Notes under the pieces: generated by a model | What the model was told of the DNA's origin: nothing | The model's input: the letters and a program-made list of their open reading frames with translations, nothing else | The model's database searches: none | Virus record (IMG/VR): IMGVR_UViG_3300021057_000002 | Coordinates: 1-58,767 of that record | Reading direction: 5' to 3' (one strand) | DNA: 58,767 bases | DNA from: a virus | Translations under genes and position numbers: made by a program | Shown: positions 43,852-51,689 of the stretch, piece after piece | Layout of the letters: each line of letters opens with the position of its first letter | Position numbering within the stretch: position 1 is the first letter of the stretch

Positions 43852-44028
43852 TCATCGCCGGTTCACCTCGATCAGCTTCTGGCGAATCGCTGGCCAGCCC
43901 ACCAAGAGCGCGTAGTCGTCCTGCATGGCGAGCAATTCGCGCAGAGTCACGCGCGGTCGATGCACGGGCGTCGGGCGCAACGGCGGGCGCCTGGCTACTT
44001 CGAGCATGAGGTCGAGTAACGTGCTCAT
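43852..44028 (-). CDS. Hypothetical 58-aa protein
   Basis: Hand-translated as MSTLLDLMLEVARRPPLRPTPVHRPRVTLRELLAMQDDYALLVGWPAIRQKLIEVNRR. ATGA overlap with the upstream stop. Confidence 0.35.
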   Translation of the reverse strand: MSTLLDLMLEVARRPPLRPTPVHRPRVTLRELLAMQDDYALLVGWPAIRQKLIEVNRR

Positions 44029-44600
44029 CCGCGCCTCTCCTTGTCCGGCTGGCGGTCCTCGGAGAACTGGGTCGGCTTACGGGCTGCCCGGTACGACGCC
44101 TGGCGCTCGCGAAACACGGTCAGGGCTGCCTCGGCGATGTCCTCGCCCATCCCGATCGACAACAGGACGCGCCAGTCTTCCTCGTCGAGCTTGGTGGCGA
44201 TCCGGCGGAGCTCGGTCTTCCACACCGCCTCGAGTTGCTCCTCGGAGAGGCCTTGGCGGGCTTTCATCTCCTGCTCGCGGCCCAACCGGATCGAACGGTC
44301 GAGCTTGGTGATCGAGTCGGTGACGACCTTGAACGTCTCCATGAATCCCTCGTCGGGGATCCAGTTCTCGTCGGCGCGCTTGGCCAACGTCAGGACCTTG
44401 TCGAGCTGCTTGCGGAGCTGCTCGGCCATCTTGAAGTGCTTGACCAGCAGATCGCCCAAAAGCTTCTTGGGACGGCCCACGATCTTCTTCCTGGAGGCCA
44501 ATGCGCCGCGGGCTCGCGTCTCTTCGATCGTGTCGATGAAGAGGCGGAAACCATTTGTGCCCGCGTTGTGGCCCGGGCCTCGCTCGGTCACGTCACCCAA
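44025..44600 (-). CDS. First gene of the late operon: basic helical protein (small terminase or late-regulator candidate)
   Basis: ORF track 191 aa with a TTG start (GTG three codons later is the alternative). Contains GRPKK. No family was recognised. Confidence 0.5.
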   Translation of the reverse strand: MGDVTERGPGHNAGTNGFRLFIDTIEETRARGALASRKKIVGRPKKLLGDLLVKHFKMAEQLRKQLDKVLTLAKRADENWIPDEGFMETFKVVTDSITKLDRSIRLGREQEMKARQGLSEEQLEAVWKTELRRIATKLDEEDWRVLLSIGMGEDIAEAALTVFRERQASYRAARKPTQFSEDRQPDKERRG

Positions 44601-44653
44601 CGTGATCCTACTGACAAGAGTGTCTACACAGATGTATGGTCACGGTCAAGTAT

Positions 44654-44673
44654 GAGCACTAGGGGTAGTGCTC
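44654..44673. promoter_or_regulatory. Perfect 8-bp inverted repeat in the divergent intergenic region
   Basis: GAGCACTA-GGGG-TAGTGCTC sits in the low-GC gap 44601-44694, between the late-operon start and the + strand gene 44695. Confidence 0.4.
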
Positions 44674-44694
44674 GAAAAATGAAGGGTGGACCGA

Positions 44695-44913
44695 ATGGCT
44701 CAGATCACGCCGGAGACGCCTGTCACGTTTGGAAACCTCTTGGCTGCACTCTCGCTGGTGCTCCAGCAGGCTAATGCCGAGCTACTGGGATGGCGGCAGT
44801 TCCGAGAGGAGCTCGAGGCGTGGTTTGGAGAGAACCCGAAGATCAGCGAGGCCTTCGGCGCCTTCCAGGAGAAGCGGCGTGGGAGAGCTCCGAAGAGGGC
44901 GAGGCGGAAGTAG
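44695..44913 (+). CDS. Hypothetical protein, lone + strand gene between the two leftward operons
   Basis: ORF 44686..44913 trimmed to ATG 44695. The C-tail is basic (KRRGRAPKRARRK). Confidence 0.5.
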   Translation: MAQITPETPVTFGNLLAALSLVLQQANAELLGWRQFREELEAWFGENPKISEAFGAFQEKRRGRAPKRARRK

Positions 44914-44987
44914 CACCCGTCATCCATCGAGCAAGTGCCATGCGTACACGGTGACTGCGGCCTGAGGACGCGCATTGGTAACAGGCA

Positions 44988-45158
44988 CTAGTGGCTCACT
45001 TGGGTGGTGGCTGGTTGATGGCACCATTCGCAGTACCGAGCGGGATGGTTTGTCGTGCTTGAGGTTGGATACTCCCGATCGGGATTGGCTCCATACCATG
45101 CCACCTGCCGCCGCTCGTGTTGAAGCTCGGTGGCAAGCATGACTGCGCGGCGCTTCAT
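44988..45158 (-). CDS. Hypothetical 56-aa protein
   Basis: Hand-translated, beginning MKRRAVMLATELQHERRQVAWYG and containing CEWC. ATGA overlap with the upstream stop. Lower GC than neighbours. Confidence 0.35.
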   Translation of the reverse strand: MKRRAVMLATELQHERRQVAWYGANPDREYPTSSTTNHPARYCEWCHQPATTQVSH

Positions 45159-45688
45159 GCGGTCTCCGGTTCTGGCCAGCGGCGCAGCAACTCGTCTACG
45201 CGAAACTCCACTAGCACACCGAATTCTCCAGACTCGCGCGCCACCTCAATCAGGCCAGCGCGGCCAGTGCCGGACATGTGCGCGTCGAACAGGACGTCTA
45301 CGAGCGCGCGCTCAGACTCATCCGTGGCGAACACCAGCAGCTCGCGCTTGTTCTCTGGGATCGCGCGCAATGCAACCACCGGATCGAGCGCCACCATGAC
45401 CTCCTGATCGCCGCCGTATGCGTCGCTGTGAAACCCTGAACCCGTCGGCCCCCACCACGATTCCCATGCGAGGTATTGGCCCCACCTAAGAAGCGCGAGC
45501 CCCGCCACGCTGCCATCCCATCCAGCGCCCGAATCGCCGTACGCCAGAACTCGCTCAACATCCAACGCGGAGAAATTGCGGACCCGCGAACCATCTAGCG
45601 AGTGCACCGTGCCGATCGTTGCGAAGTCGCCCCACGGGACCTCGTCGAGCTTGGCCGGATCGTAGGAGATCGGGACCCACGGCTTCAC
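45155..45688 (-). CDS. Hypothetical protein
   Basis: ORF track 177 aa; 4-nt overlap upstream. Confidence 0.6.
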   Translation of the reverse strand: MKPWVPISYDPAKLDEVPWGDFATIGTVHSLDGSRVRNFSALDVERVLAYGDSGAGWDGSVAGLALLRWGQYLAWESWWGPTGSGFHSDAYGGDQEVMVALDPVVALRAIPENKRELLVFATDESERALVDVLFDAHMSGTGRAGLIEVARESGEFGVLVEFRVDELLRRWPEPETA

Positions 45689-46224
45689 GGCTTCTCTCCT
45701 CTGTCGGCGATGGCGCGGAGACGTTCGACGTCCTCGTGCTCACCATGGCGTCGTCTCATGCTTTCAACGCTCCATCCGTAGTTCGAGAAGAACGCTGTCT
45801 CCCACCCATCGCAGGCCTCGCGGAGTGCGGCTTCTAGCTCGGCGATGCGAGCCTTGTCTCTGTTAACCTCCTGCGCTCGACGGATGGCGTCCGCGTACAC
45901 CTCCAGCTCCCCGATCCTGTCGAGCAGCGCGAGGACGGCTTGGGGATTCGCGGCGGCGATGTACTGCGCGTCACGCAACTCTTGGCTTGAGCGCGCAAAG
46001 CGCCAGTACTCATCGCGACGCTTGGTGTCTTCCTCGGTCCATGTCTCGCCGCGCTGCTTGATCACTACGTCTGTAGCAAGCGACGCGAACAGCCTGTACT
46101 CACCATCGAACACCAGAGCAACGATGCCTTCCTCAGAGTCGCAGATGTCGAGGTCTGACTCCCACGGTCCCGGCGTAGCCGCACTCGCGAGCGCACGGAG
46201 GTGGGCGAGTTGTTCGGGGGTCAT
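45685..46224 (-). CDS. Ead/Ea22-like protein
   Basis: ORF track 179 aa. PGPWES and QYIAAANPQAVLALLDRIGELE are typical of lambdoid Ead/Ea22-like proteins, from memory. Confidence 0.55.
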   Translation of the reverse strand: MTPEQLAHLRALASAATPGPWESDLDICDSEEGIVALVFDGEYRLFASLATDVVIKQRGETWTEEDTKRRDEYWRFARSSQELRDAQYIAAANPQAVLALLDRIGELEVYADAIRRAQEVNRDKARIAELEAALREACDGWETAFFSNYGWSVESMRRRHGEHEDVERLRAIADRGEKP

Positions 46225-46358
46225 GCGTACTCCTCAAGAGCGCGGTTGCAAGCGTTGATAGCGGCACCCGTCTTCGCATCACGGGCCAGCCACTCGCAGT
46301 ACGCTGCATAGGCGATCGCGTGGATCACGTAGTATCGGATCCATTCCAGTACGCTCAT
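46221..46358 (-). CDS. Hypothetical 45-aa protein
   Basis: Last 45 codons of ORF 46221..46607, with ATGA overlaps at both ends. Confidence 0.4.
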   Translation of the reverse strand: MSVLEWIRYYVIHAIAYAAYCEWLARDAKTGAAINACNRALEEYA

Positions 46359-46756
46359 GGCTCTTGTCCGTTTCTCTCTGCAAACAAGGTCTGCGCGCGG
46401 AGTATCGCCCTCTCCCTCCACGCCCGAACCTCGGCCTTCGTGCAGAACTTGAAGCTGCCCGTGTGGTCGGTGCGCTCGCGGTGATGCTTGGTGCATAGGG
46501 CCGCACAGGTGCGATCGTCCGCCTTGTGCGATAGCCCGCGTGGCCCCATGTGGTCGGCCTCGATCGGTCCCTCGCAGGGCGTGGGCTCGTAGTCGACACA
46601 GGGCCACTCTTCCAGCACCGAGCAGAGCAACTCCGAGCGCACGAAGTTCATGAACTCGAGGTCACGCTCTCGGCGGCTGTACTTGGTGGAGCCCTTGCGG
46701 CGCTTCATGGGGGAGCGCTGGAGGGGTGTCTTGCGGGTGAGCGGAGAGCGCTTCAT
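46355..46756 (-). CDS. Cys/His nuclease candidate (YbcO/DUF1364-like)
   Basis: ORF track 133 aa. It has a basic N-terminus (KRSPLTRKTPLQRSPMKRRKG), then C...C...C-x-G-x4-DH...HKADDRTCAALCTKHH. Confidence 0.45.
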   Translation of the reverse strand: MKRSPLTRKTPLQRSPMKRRKGSTKYSRRERDLEFMNFVRSELLCSVLEEWPCVDYEPTPCEGPIEADHMGPRGLSHKADDRTCAALCTKHHRERTDHTGSFKFCTKAEVRAWRERAILRAQTLFAERNGQEP

Positions 46757-47115
46757 GGCAACTCGACCACCTCGCGCGTGTCGCCGAATACGAGGCTGAT
46801 GACCGACGAGGCTTCGCGCATTTCTGTCGATGCCCGCTGCCTCGCCTCATTCTCTGCAACTCGTCGTGCGTATTCCGGATCGCAGTCGTCGACTCGCCGC
46901 ACGTGAACCACGAGGTCGCTCAGTTCGCCGTCTAGATGGCTCGGCTCCCATCTCTGCGAGAGCTGCGCGCCGAATCCGCGCGCGTGAGCGTCCTCGGTGA
47001 TTGCAGCGTAGATTGCAGCACGAATGCCGCGATGCCGCCCTCGGTGCACGCGGCCCTCGATATTCACTTCGTACATCGGCCATGCCGCGCGTTGCTGTGC
47101 ATTCTTACTCGCCAT
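46753..47115 (-). CDS. Hypothetical protein
   Basis: ORF 46753..47352 trimmed to ATG 47115. Confidence 0.5.
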   Translation of the reverse strand: MASKNAQQRAAWPMYEVNIEGRVHRGRHRGIRAAIYAAITEDAHARGFGAQLSQRWEPSHLDGELSDLVVHVRRVDDCDPEYARRVAENEARQRASTEMREASSVISLVFGDTREVVELP

Positions 47116-47479
47116 TGCGCTGCTCCGGCGCCATGTACGCAGGCGCGAAATCCTCCACTCGGATCTCCTGCACCCGCAGCGTCCACAGTTTTCGCTTCCC
47201 ACGTGGCCCACGCTTGGACCACGACCACACCTCGAATCGTGCGCCGGCTTGGAGCCACTGGAGGGCGCGGGGCTCGGCGAGGATCTTGGCCCTACGTGCA
47301 GCGTGGTTGGTGCCGCTCGTAGCCTGAATGCCGAGGATCGCGTGATCGGCAATGGCCACGATGTCGATGCAGTTGAACAGGTCCCTTGTGATGAACACGC
47401 GGGGGACGCGCTGCTCCACCACGTTGGCGGGCCAGCCTCGGCGCTTGCACTCGGCCAGGGTGCGCTGGGTGGGGCTCAT
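47105..47479 (-). CDS. PD-(D/E)XK Holliday-junction-resolvase-like nuclease
   Basis: ORF track 124 aa. RGWPANVVEQR (Glu), DLFNCIDIVAI (Asp) and LGIQATSGTNHAARRAK fit small phage resolvase-type nucleases, from memory. Confidence 0.55.
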   Translation of the reverse strand: MSPTQRTLAECKRRGWPANVVEQRVPRVFITRDLFNCIDIVAIADHAILGIQATSGTNHAARRAKILAEPRALQWLQAGARFEVWSWSKRGPRGKRKLWTLRVQEIRVEDFAPAYMAPEQRNGE

Positions 47480-47697
47480 GGAGTTAACTCAAGGCTAGCG
47501 AGCCACGCCTTCGCCTCCTCGCGCGCCTCGCCCCCGTAGCGCGACGAGAGATACTTGCAATCCTTTTCAGCGACTGGAGATATCCAGTTGAGCGGACCAC
47601 ACCACTCAATCACCACGACGTTCTCGCCGGTTTCGCAACTCTGCACGACTCGGCGCACTGTTCCGAACGTTCCGTATTTGCTGACTACATATCCCAT
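47476..47697 (-). CDS. Hypothetical small protein
   Basis: ORF 47476..47748 trimmed to ATG 47697 (GAGAGGAGGA upstream). Confidence 0.5.
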   Translation of the reverse strand: MGYVVSKYGTFGTVRRVVQSCETGENVVVIEWCGPLNWISPVAEKDCKYLSSRYGGEAREEAKAWLASLELTP

Positions 47698-47710
47698 TGC
47701 AATCCTCCTC

Positions 47711-48220
47711 TCATCCCCATCCCATCCTCCGCTTGGGCCCGAGGTCATTAACCGGGTACTCCCTTGCTGGCGGACCGTCGCAATCCCCTTGGTGGGAATC
47801 CTCGCGAGTACACCAGCGGCCGGATGCGAAGCGACGCAGGCATGCCTTCGGAGGGCGGGTGTCGCGATCGGCGCCGAGATCGCGGCCTTCGGGGCAAAAC
47901 GCCTGACGCAACAACTCGCGCTGCTCTGCGCGTTGTTCCTCCGTGAAACCCTCTCGGCCCATGCACGGCTTGCACTCGCCGCCCGGACAATCAGGTCGAC
48001 ACGTGCACGGCGTCAGTTCGCCGCCGCACGCGTAACAGCGGTGCGCCCATTCGGCCTCATCCTTGGCGAGGACCTCAGCCCAGTACGCGTCGCCCTCGAC
48101 TACGAGCGCTTGCTCTGCGATCGCGCAGGGCGTGGTGCCAGTTTGCTCGGCACGCTCGGTGAGCTTGTCGTGTAGTTCCTCGGAGATCTCGATCTCGACA
48201 GTGTCTAGGAAGTCGTTCAT
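47711..48220 (-). CDS. Cys-rich protein with an RHH-like N-terminus
   Basis: ORF track 169 aa with many Cys (CYACGGELTPCTCRPDCPGGECKPC). Confidence 0.55.
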   Translation of the reverse strand: MNDFLDTVEIEISEELHDKLTERAEQTGTTPCAIAEQALVVEGDAYWAEVLAKDEAEWAHRCYACGGELTPCTCRPDCPGGECKPCMGREGFTEEQRAEQRELLRQAFCPEGRDLGADRDTRPPKACLRRFASGRWCTREDSHQGDCDGPPAREYPVNDLGPKRRMGWG

Positions 48221-49029
48221 CGCGTGCCTCCGAATAGGGATGGCTGGTGGGTTTTGGGTTTGGCCTCGTCGCCACAGAGCCGGCGGGTAGCGATCGCGTG
48301 GTACTCGGCGTTGAGTTCAAAGCCGAGGAAGCGGCGGCCGAGCATGCGGCAGGCGACCCCTGTGGTGCCCGAGCCGGCGAAGGGATCGAGAACGAGATCG
48401 TCGGGTTCGCTGAAGTCGGCGACCAGTTCCTGCATCAGCGAAAGTGGCTTTTGCGTCGTGTGCAGCCGTTCGTTCTCGCCTCCACGGTTGAGCACGATCG
48501 GATGCGCGTAGTAGCCGTGCTTGCCGCCGCCATTCCAACGCTTGCGGCCGGGACGATGCGCGACAACGATTGCTTCGACGGCCTGTGCTGGTCGATCCCC
48601 GGTGAACTGAGGTGTCGCGCCGATCTTGTGCCAAACACAGGTTCGTATGTATTGGAGCCCGGCGCGTTCGAGGTGACCTCGCCATCCACTGCCGTCGGGA
48701 TCTCCGATCATTTCGACGGTGCAAAAGATCACTGTCCAGCGCCGAGCGACACGCGCGCACTGATTGGCGACCTCTGCCATTTGCTGTTGCGAGATGGGAG
48801 CAAAGCCGAGTTCGCGAACGCGATTGAATTCAGCACGCTGTGATACACGCGGATTGGCGGCTCGCTTGCGCTCGTCGTATCCCGTGGCGCCGCGACGCCC
48901 TGCGTTGTGCGTGTGCTCGTCGTACGGCGGATCAGTGATGACGACGTCAACACTGTCTTCGTCGAGCGCGCGCAGTCCCTCGATGCAGTCCCCGAGGTTC
49001 AGTTGCCAGTCACCGTTCGCGAGGATCAC
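48217..49029 (-). CDS. DNA methyltransferase, beta class (N6-adenine or N4-cytosine); no partner endonuclease seen
   Basis: ORF 48217..49878 trimmed to GTG 49029 (GTGA overlap). VVITDPPYD (motif IV) precedes TTQKP and the C-terminal LVLDPFAGSGTTGVA (motif I). Confidence 0.85.
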   Translation of the reverse strand: MILANGDWQLNLGDCIEGLRALDEDSVDVVITDPPYDEHTHNAGRRGATGYDERKRAANPRVSQRAEFNRVRELGFAPISQQQMAEVANQCARVARRWTVIFCTVEMIGDPDGSGWRGHLERAGLQYIRTCVWHKIGATPQFTGDRPAQAVEAIVVAHRPGRKRWNGGGKHGYYAHPIVLNRGGENERLHTTQKPLSLMQELVADFSEPDDLVLDPFAGSGTTGVACRMLGRRFLGFELNAEYHAIATRRLCGDEAKPKTHQPSLFGGTR

Positions 49030-49844
49030 GCCGCCCTCCGAATGGGCAGCACTTCGCCGTTGCGCAGCCGATCCGACAGCGCCCGGCCTTCGGCGGTCAG
49101 CCTGAACTCCTGTATCTCGCCCGACGACACTCCGCGAAACACACCGCGCACCGTGCGGACGTCTACCTGACCCGCCTTGCGCAGTCGCCGCATGATGTGG
49201 GCAACGTGGTTTCTGTCCAGCTCGTCGAGCTCGAGGATGTCGCCGATCTCGCGTGTTGCGATCCAGTCGTGCCACCGCATCACGAGCAGGATCTTGACCC
49301 GCAGCCGATCTTCCGACTCGTCGAGCGGCCGATACGCGTGGAGTTGTTTGGTCGTCGGCGGCTTCTCTACGTTCGGCGGCGTCAGTTCGCCCGTGCGCAT
49401 CTTGGGCGGGACTTCCAGGCCGCCATTCGCGGCGATCTTGCGCTTTGACCAGTTCTTCTTGCGCCAGTTGTTCTTTGTGTTGATCCGCGCAGCTTCGCGA
49501 TGAAGCGCGCAGTAAACGTTGTCTTCGAGCGACGGGTTTTTGCACAACTGGCAGAGGCCCGCGATCTTGTGCGCCAGCCGCCGGGCCCGTTGTTTCGCGT
49601 TCTCCTCGGCAGCGTGTGTTGCACGGCGCTTGCGATGCCACTCGCGAGCCCGGGCGTTCACGCGTTTCTGATTGCGCACACGGTAGCGGTAGCTCGCGAG
49701 CAGGATCTTGTCGTAGCACTCGACACAGCGGACTCCGTCGTCCTCTTGGAGACCGGCCGCGCAGTCGATACAGAGTCGGTTCGCCTTGCGCTGTGCGCGC
49801 CGTTCTCGCGCTTGCTGTTTGTTTTTCTCGGGGTCGCGCGGCAT
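49026..49844 (-). CDS. DNA-binding protein: duplicated zinc-ribbon/basic modules plus a C-terminal winged helix
   Basis: ORF 49026..49910 trimmed to ATG 49844 (TAATG junction). CIDC...CVEC plus a basic stretch repeats as CQLC...C. The C-terminus IATREIGDILELDELDRNHVAHIMRRLRKAGQVDV is MarR-like. Confidence 0.6.
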   Translation of the reverse strand: MPRDPEKNKQQARERRAQRKANRLCIDCAAGLQEDDGVRCVECYDKILLASYRYRVRNQKRVNARAREWHRKRRATHAAEENAKQRARRLAHKIAGLCQLCKNPSLEDNVYCALHREAARINTKNNWRKKNWSKRKIAANGGLEVPPKMRTGELTPPNVEKPPTTKQLHAYRPLDESEDRLRVKILLVMRWHDWIATREIGDILELDELDRNHVAHIMRRLRKAGQVDVRTVRGVFRGVSSGEIQEFRLTAEGRALSDRLRNGEVLPIRRAA

Positions 49845-49981
49845 TACCGCTTCCCTTTCTGGAGCAACGAACGGACACGCTTGCCGATCACGACCGCACA
49901 CGGGATACACACGTCCTCATCAGTTCGATACGTCGTCGCCTGACACGCCACGCACCAGGCGCTCTTGGGTTGTGTCTGCAT
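49844..49981 (-). CDS. 45-aa zinc-ribbon protein
   Basis: Last 45 codons of ORF 49844..50557. GAGAGGAG upstream. Contains CVAC...CIPC. Confidence 0.5.
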   Translation of the reverse strand: MQTQPKSAWCVACQATTYRTDEDVCIPCAVVIGKRVRSLLQKGKR

Positions 49982-50055
49982 GGGACTGCTCCTCTCTTCG
50001 AGCGTTCGCCAGACGTCGCAATGGCGACATCGCGCGCCGCAACAGGTTTCTGGTG

Positions 50056-50199
50056 TCACCGCACTCTCCGCGTGCGATGCGCATGGTCCGTAATCACGAT
50101 CTGCGCGGCGAGGTAGAGTCTCGCTCTGACTTCGTGCTGTGTGCCGCGCAGTAGCGCCAACATCTGGACTGCCTGATTCATGATCTCGGCAGGCGTCAT
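50056..50199 (-). CDS. Hypothetical 47-aa protein
   Basis: ORF 50056..50253 trimmed to ATG 50199 (ATGA overlap). Confidence 0.35.
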   Translation of the reverse strand: MTPAEIMNQAVQMLALLRGTQHEVRARLYLAAQIVITDHAHRTRRVR

Positions 50200-50339
50200 C
50201 GCGTCCTCGCATAGCGACCGTAGATCTCGCGAGCTCGCTCGACGCTGGGGCACGACTCGACCATCCAGCCGATGTGGTGCTTGGGGACTCGGGCGGCGAC
50301 CAGGATCGCACGCACCATCGCTTTCTCCGACGCACCCAT
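50196..50339 (-). CDS. Hypothetical 47-aa protein
   Basis: Hand-translated as MGASEKAMVRAILVAARVPKHHIGWMVESCPSVERAREIYGRYARTR. It starts 3 nt after the dnaB stop. Confidence 0.35.
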   Translation of the reverse strand: MGASEKAMVRAILVAARVPKHHIGWMVESCPSVERAREIYGRYARTR

Positions 50340-50342
50340 TGC

Positions 50343-51689
50343 CTACTCCATGCGTGTGGTTGGACCCCAGAAGTCAGCTCGCACTGCTCCGGTCCGCCCG
50401 TTGGAATTCTTGAGGACGAGCAACTGCACCATTCGTGCAAACTCGCTGTTGCTGGGGCGCGGCTCGTTCTCCTCGTAGTCGACGCCCTTTTGCGGGTTGT
50501 TCGGCGAGTAGTAGTGGCCGCGGTAGATCCCCACGACGCACTTGGACCGCTCCTCAAGGGACCCGGACTCGCGCAGATCGGCCAGCATGGGCCGCTTGTC
50601 GCCGCGCTTCTCCACGTCGCGATTGAGTTGGCTCATCACGACGTAGGCCACGTCATCGGCTTTGGCGGCGTCGGCCAGGGTCGTGATGATTCCGGTGAGA
50701 TCGTCGTGCCGGTTCTGCCGGCGCTCGCTGCGCGACGGTTTGACCAACTGCACGTAGTCGACGATCGCAACCTTCGTGTTGTTGCTCCGGCGATGCTTGC
50801 GAACCGAGCGCACGATCTCGTCGGCGGTGATTCCCGACCGTCCGTCGACCAACCAGCGCCGCCCTTGGATCTTGGGCAGCACGTTGGCGACGTCGCGCAT
50901 CTGCACGTTGCTTAGGCTGACGTTGCGCAGCGACTCGGCCGGGACTTGCGAGATCCGGCTCATCACGCGATCGCTGTAGGCCTCCTCGGTGTCCTCGAGC
51001 GAGAACAGGTGAACGCCGAATCCCGCCTCGGTGCAGGCATCAGCCGTGGCGAGACCGAGGCTCGACTTGCCCATCGCCGGACGGGCACAGACGATGCTGA
51101 CGATCTTCGGCTGCCACCCGCCGAGCAGTTGATCCAACCGAGCGATCCCGGTCGGGTAACCGGTCATCGTTCGCTCGCCGTTCGCTCGCTCGTGCGCGAT
51201 CTGCTCGAGCTGTTTCATTCGGCGCTTGACGGCTTCCGAGACCGTGGGTGTTTGCTCCGGGGTCCCGACGTCGAGACGGGTGATCGCAGCAAGGGCCATC
51301 GAGAGCAGTTCCTCGCCGCTGGTCGCGGGCGCATTGGCCACCCGTTCGAGCTCGATGCGAACCATCCGCGCGATCGCGGCGTCGCGAACCTGCTCGGCGT
51401 ACTCGACCGCGCACGATGCGTCGGGAACTGTCCGCAGGCACTCGCCGAGATACTCCTCGGCGCGATCGCGAGCCCCTTCCCCGCGGCGCTGCATCTCGGC
51501 CAGCACCGTCACGAAGTCGACCGGGCTCCCCGCGGCTTCGACGTTGCGGATCGCCTGCCACGCGTGAACGGCTGGCGGGTGCGCGAAATGATCGGCCGCG
51601 AGGAAGTCTAGTTCTGCGAGTGACTCTGCGTTGAGCAGAACGGCGCCGATGACGGCAGACTCCAGCGCCGTTGGGATCTCGACCTTCAC
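50343..51689 (-). CDS. dnaB: Replicative DNA helicase (DnaB family)
   Basis: ORF track 448 aa. It has a DnaB N-terminal domain, GYPTGIARLDQLLGG, Walker A CARPAMGKSSLGL, Walker B AIVDYVQL, and SQLNRDVEKR. Confidence 0.9.
   Translation of the reverse strand: MKVEIPTALESAVIGAVLLNAESLAELDFLAADHFAHPPAVHAWQAIRNVEAAGSPVDFVTVLAEMQRRGEGARDRAEEYLGECLRTVPDASCAVEYAEQVRDAAIARMVRIELERVANAPATSGEELLSMALAAITRLDVGTPEQTPTVSEAVKRRMKQLEQIAHERANGERTMTGYPTGIARLDQLLGGWQPKIVSIVCARPAMGKSSLGLATADACTEAGFGVHLFSLEDTEEAYSDRVMSRISQVPAESLRNVSLSNVQMRDVANVLPKIQGRRWLVDGRSGITADEIVRSVRKHRRSNNTKVAIVDYVQLVKPSRSERRQNRHDDLTGIITTLADAAKADDVAYVVMSQLNRDVEKRGDKRPMLADLRESGSLEERSKCVVGIYRGHYYSPNNPQKGVDYEENEPRPSNSEFARMVQLLVLKNSNGRTGAVRADFWGPTTRME

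Noticed and set aside
43712-43855. A 47-codon - strand ORF (MTRLKFTRSQLLNLADNYVPRVG...) that starts with an ATGA overlap at 43855 and ends with an ATGA overlap on an internal ATG (43715) of the next gene.
   Set aside because: Its second half is Arg-rich and overlaps the helical N-terminus of 43548..43775 by 64 nt. I could not decide between the two models from sequence alone, so I left it unannotated. It could be real if the downstream gene actually starts at 43715.
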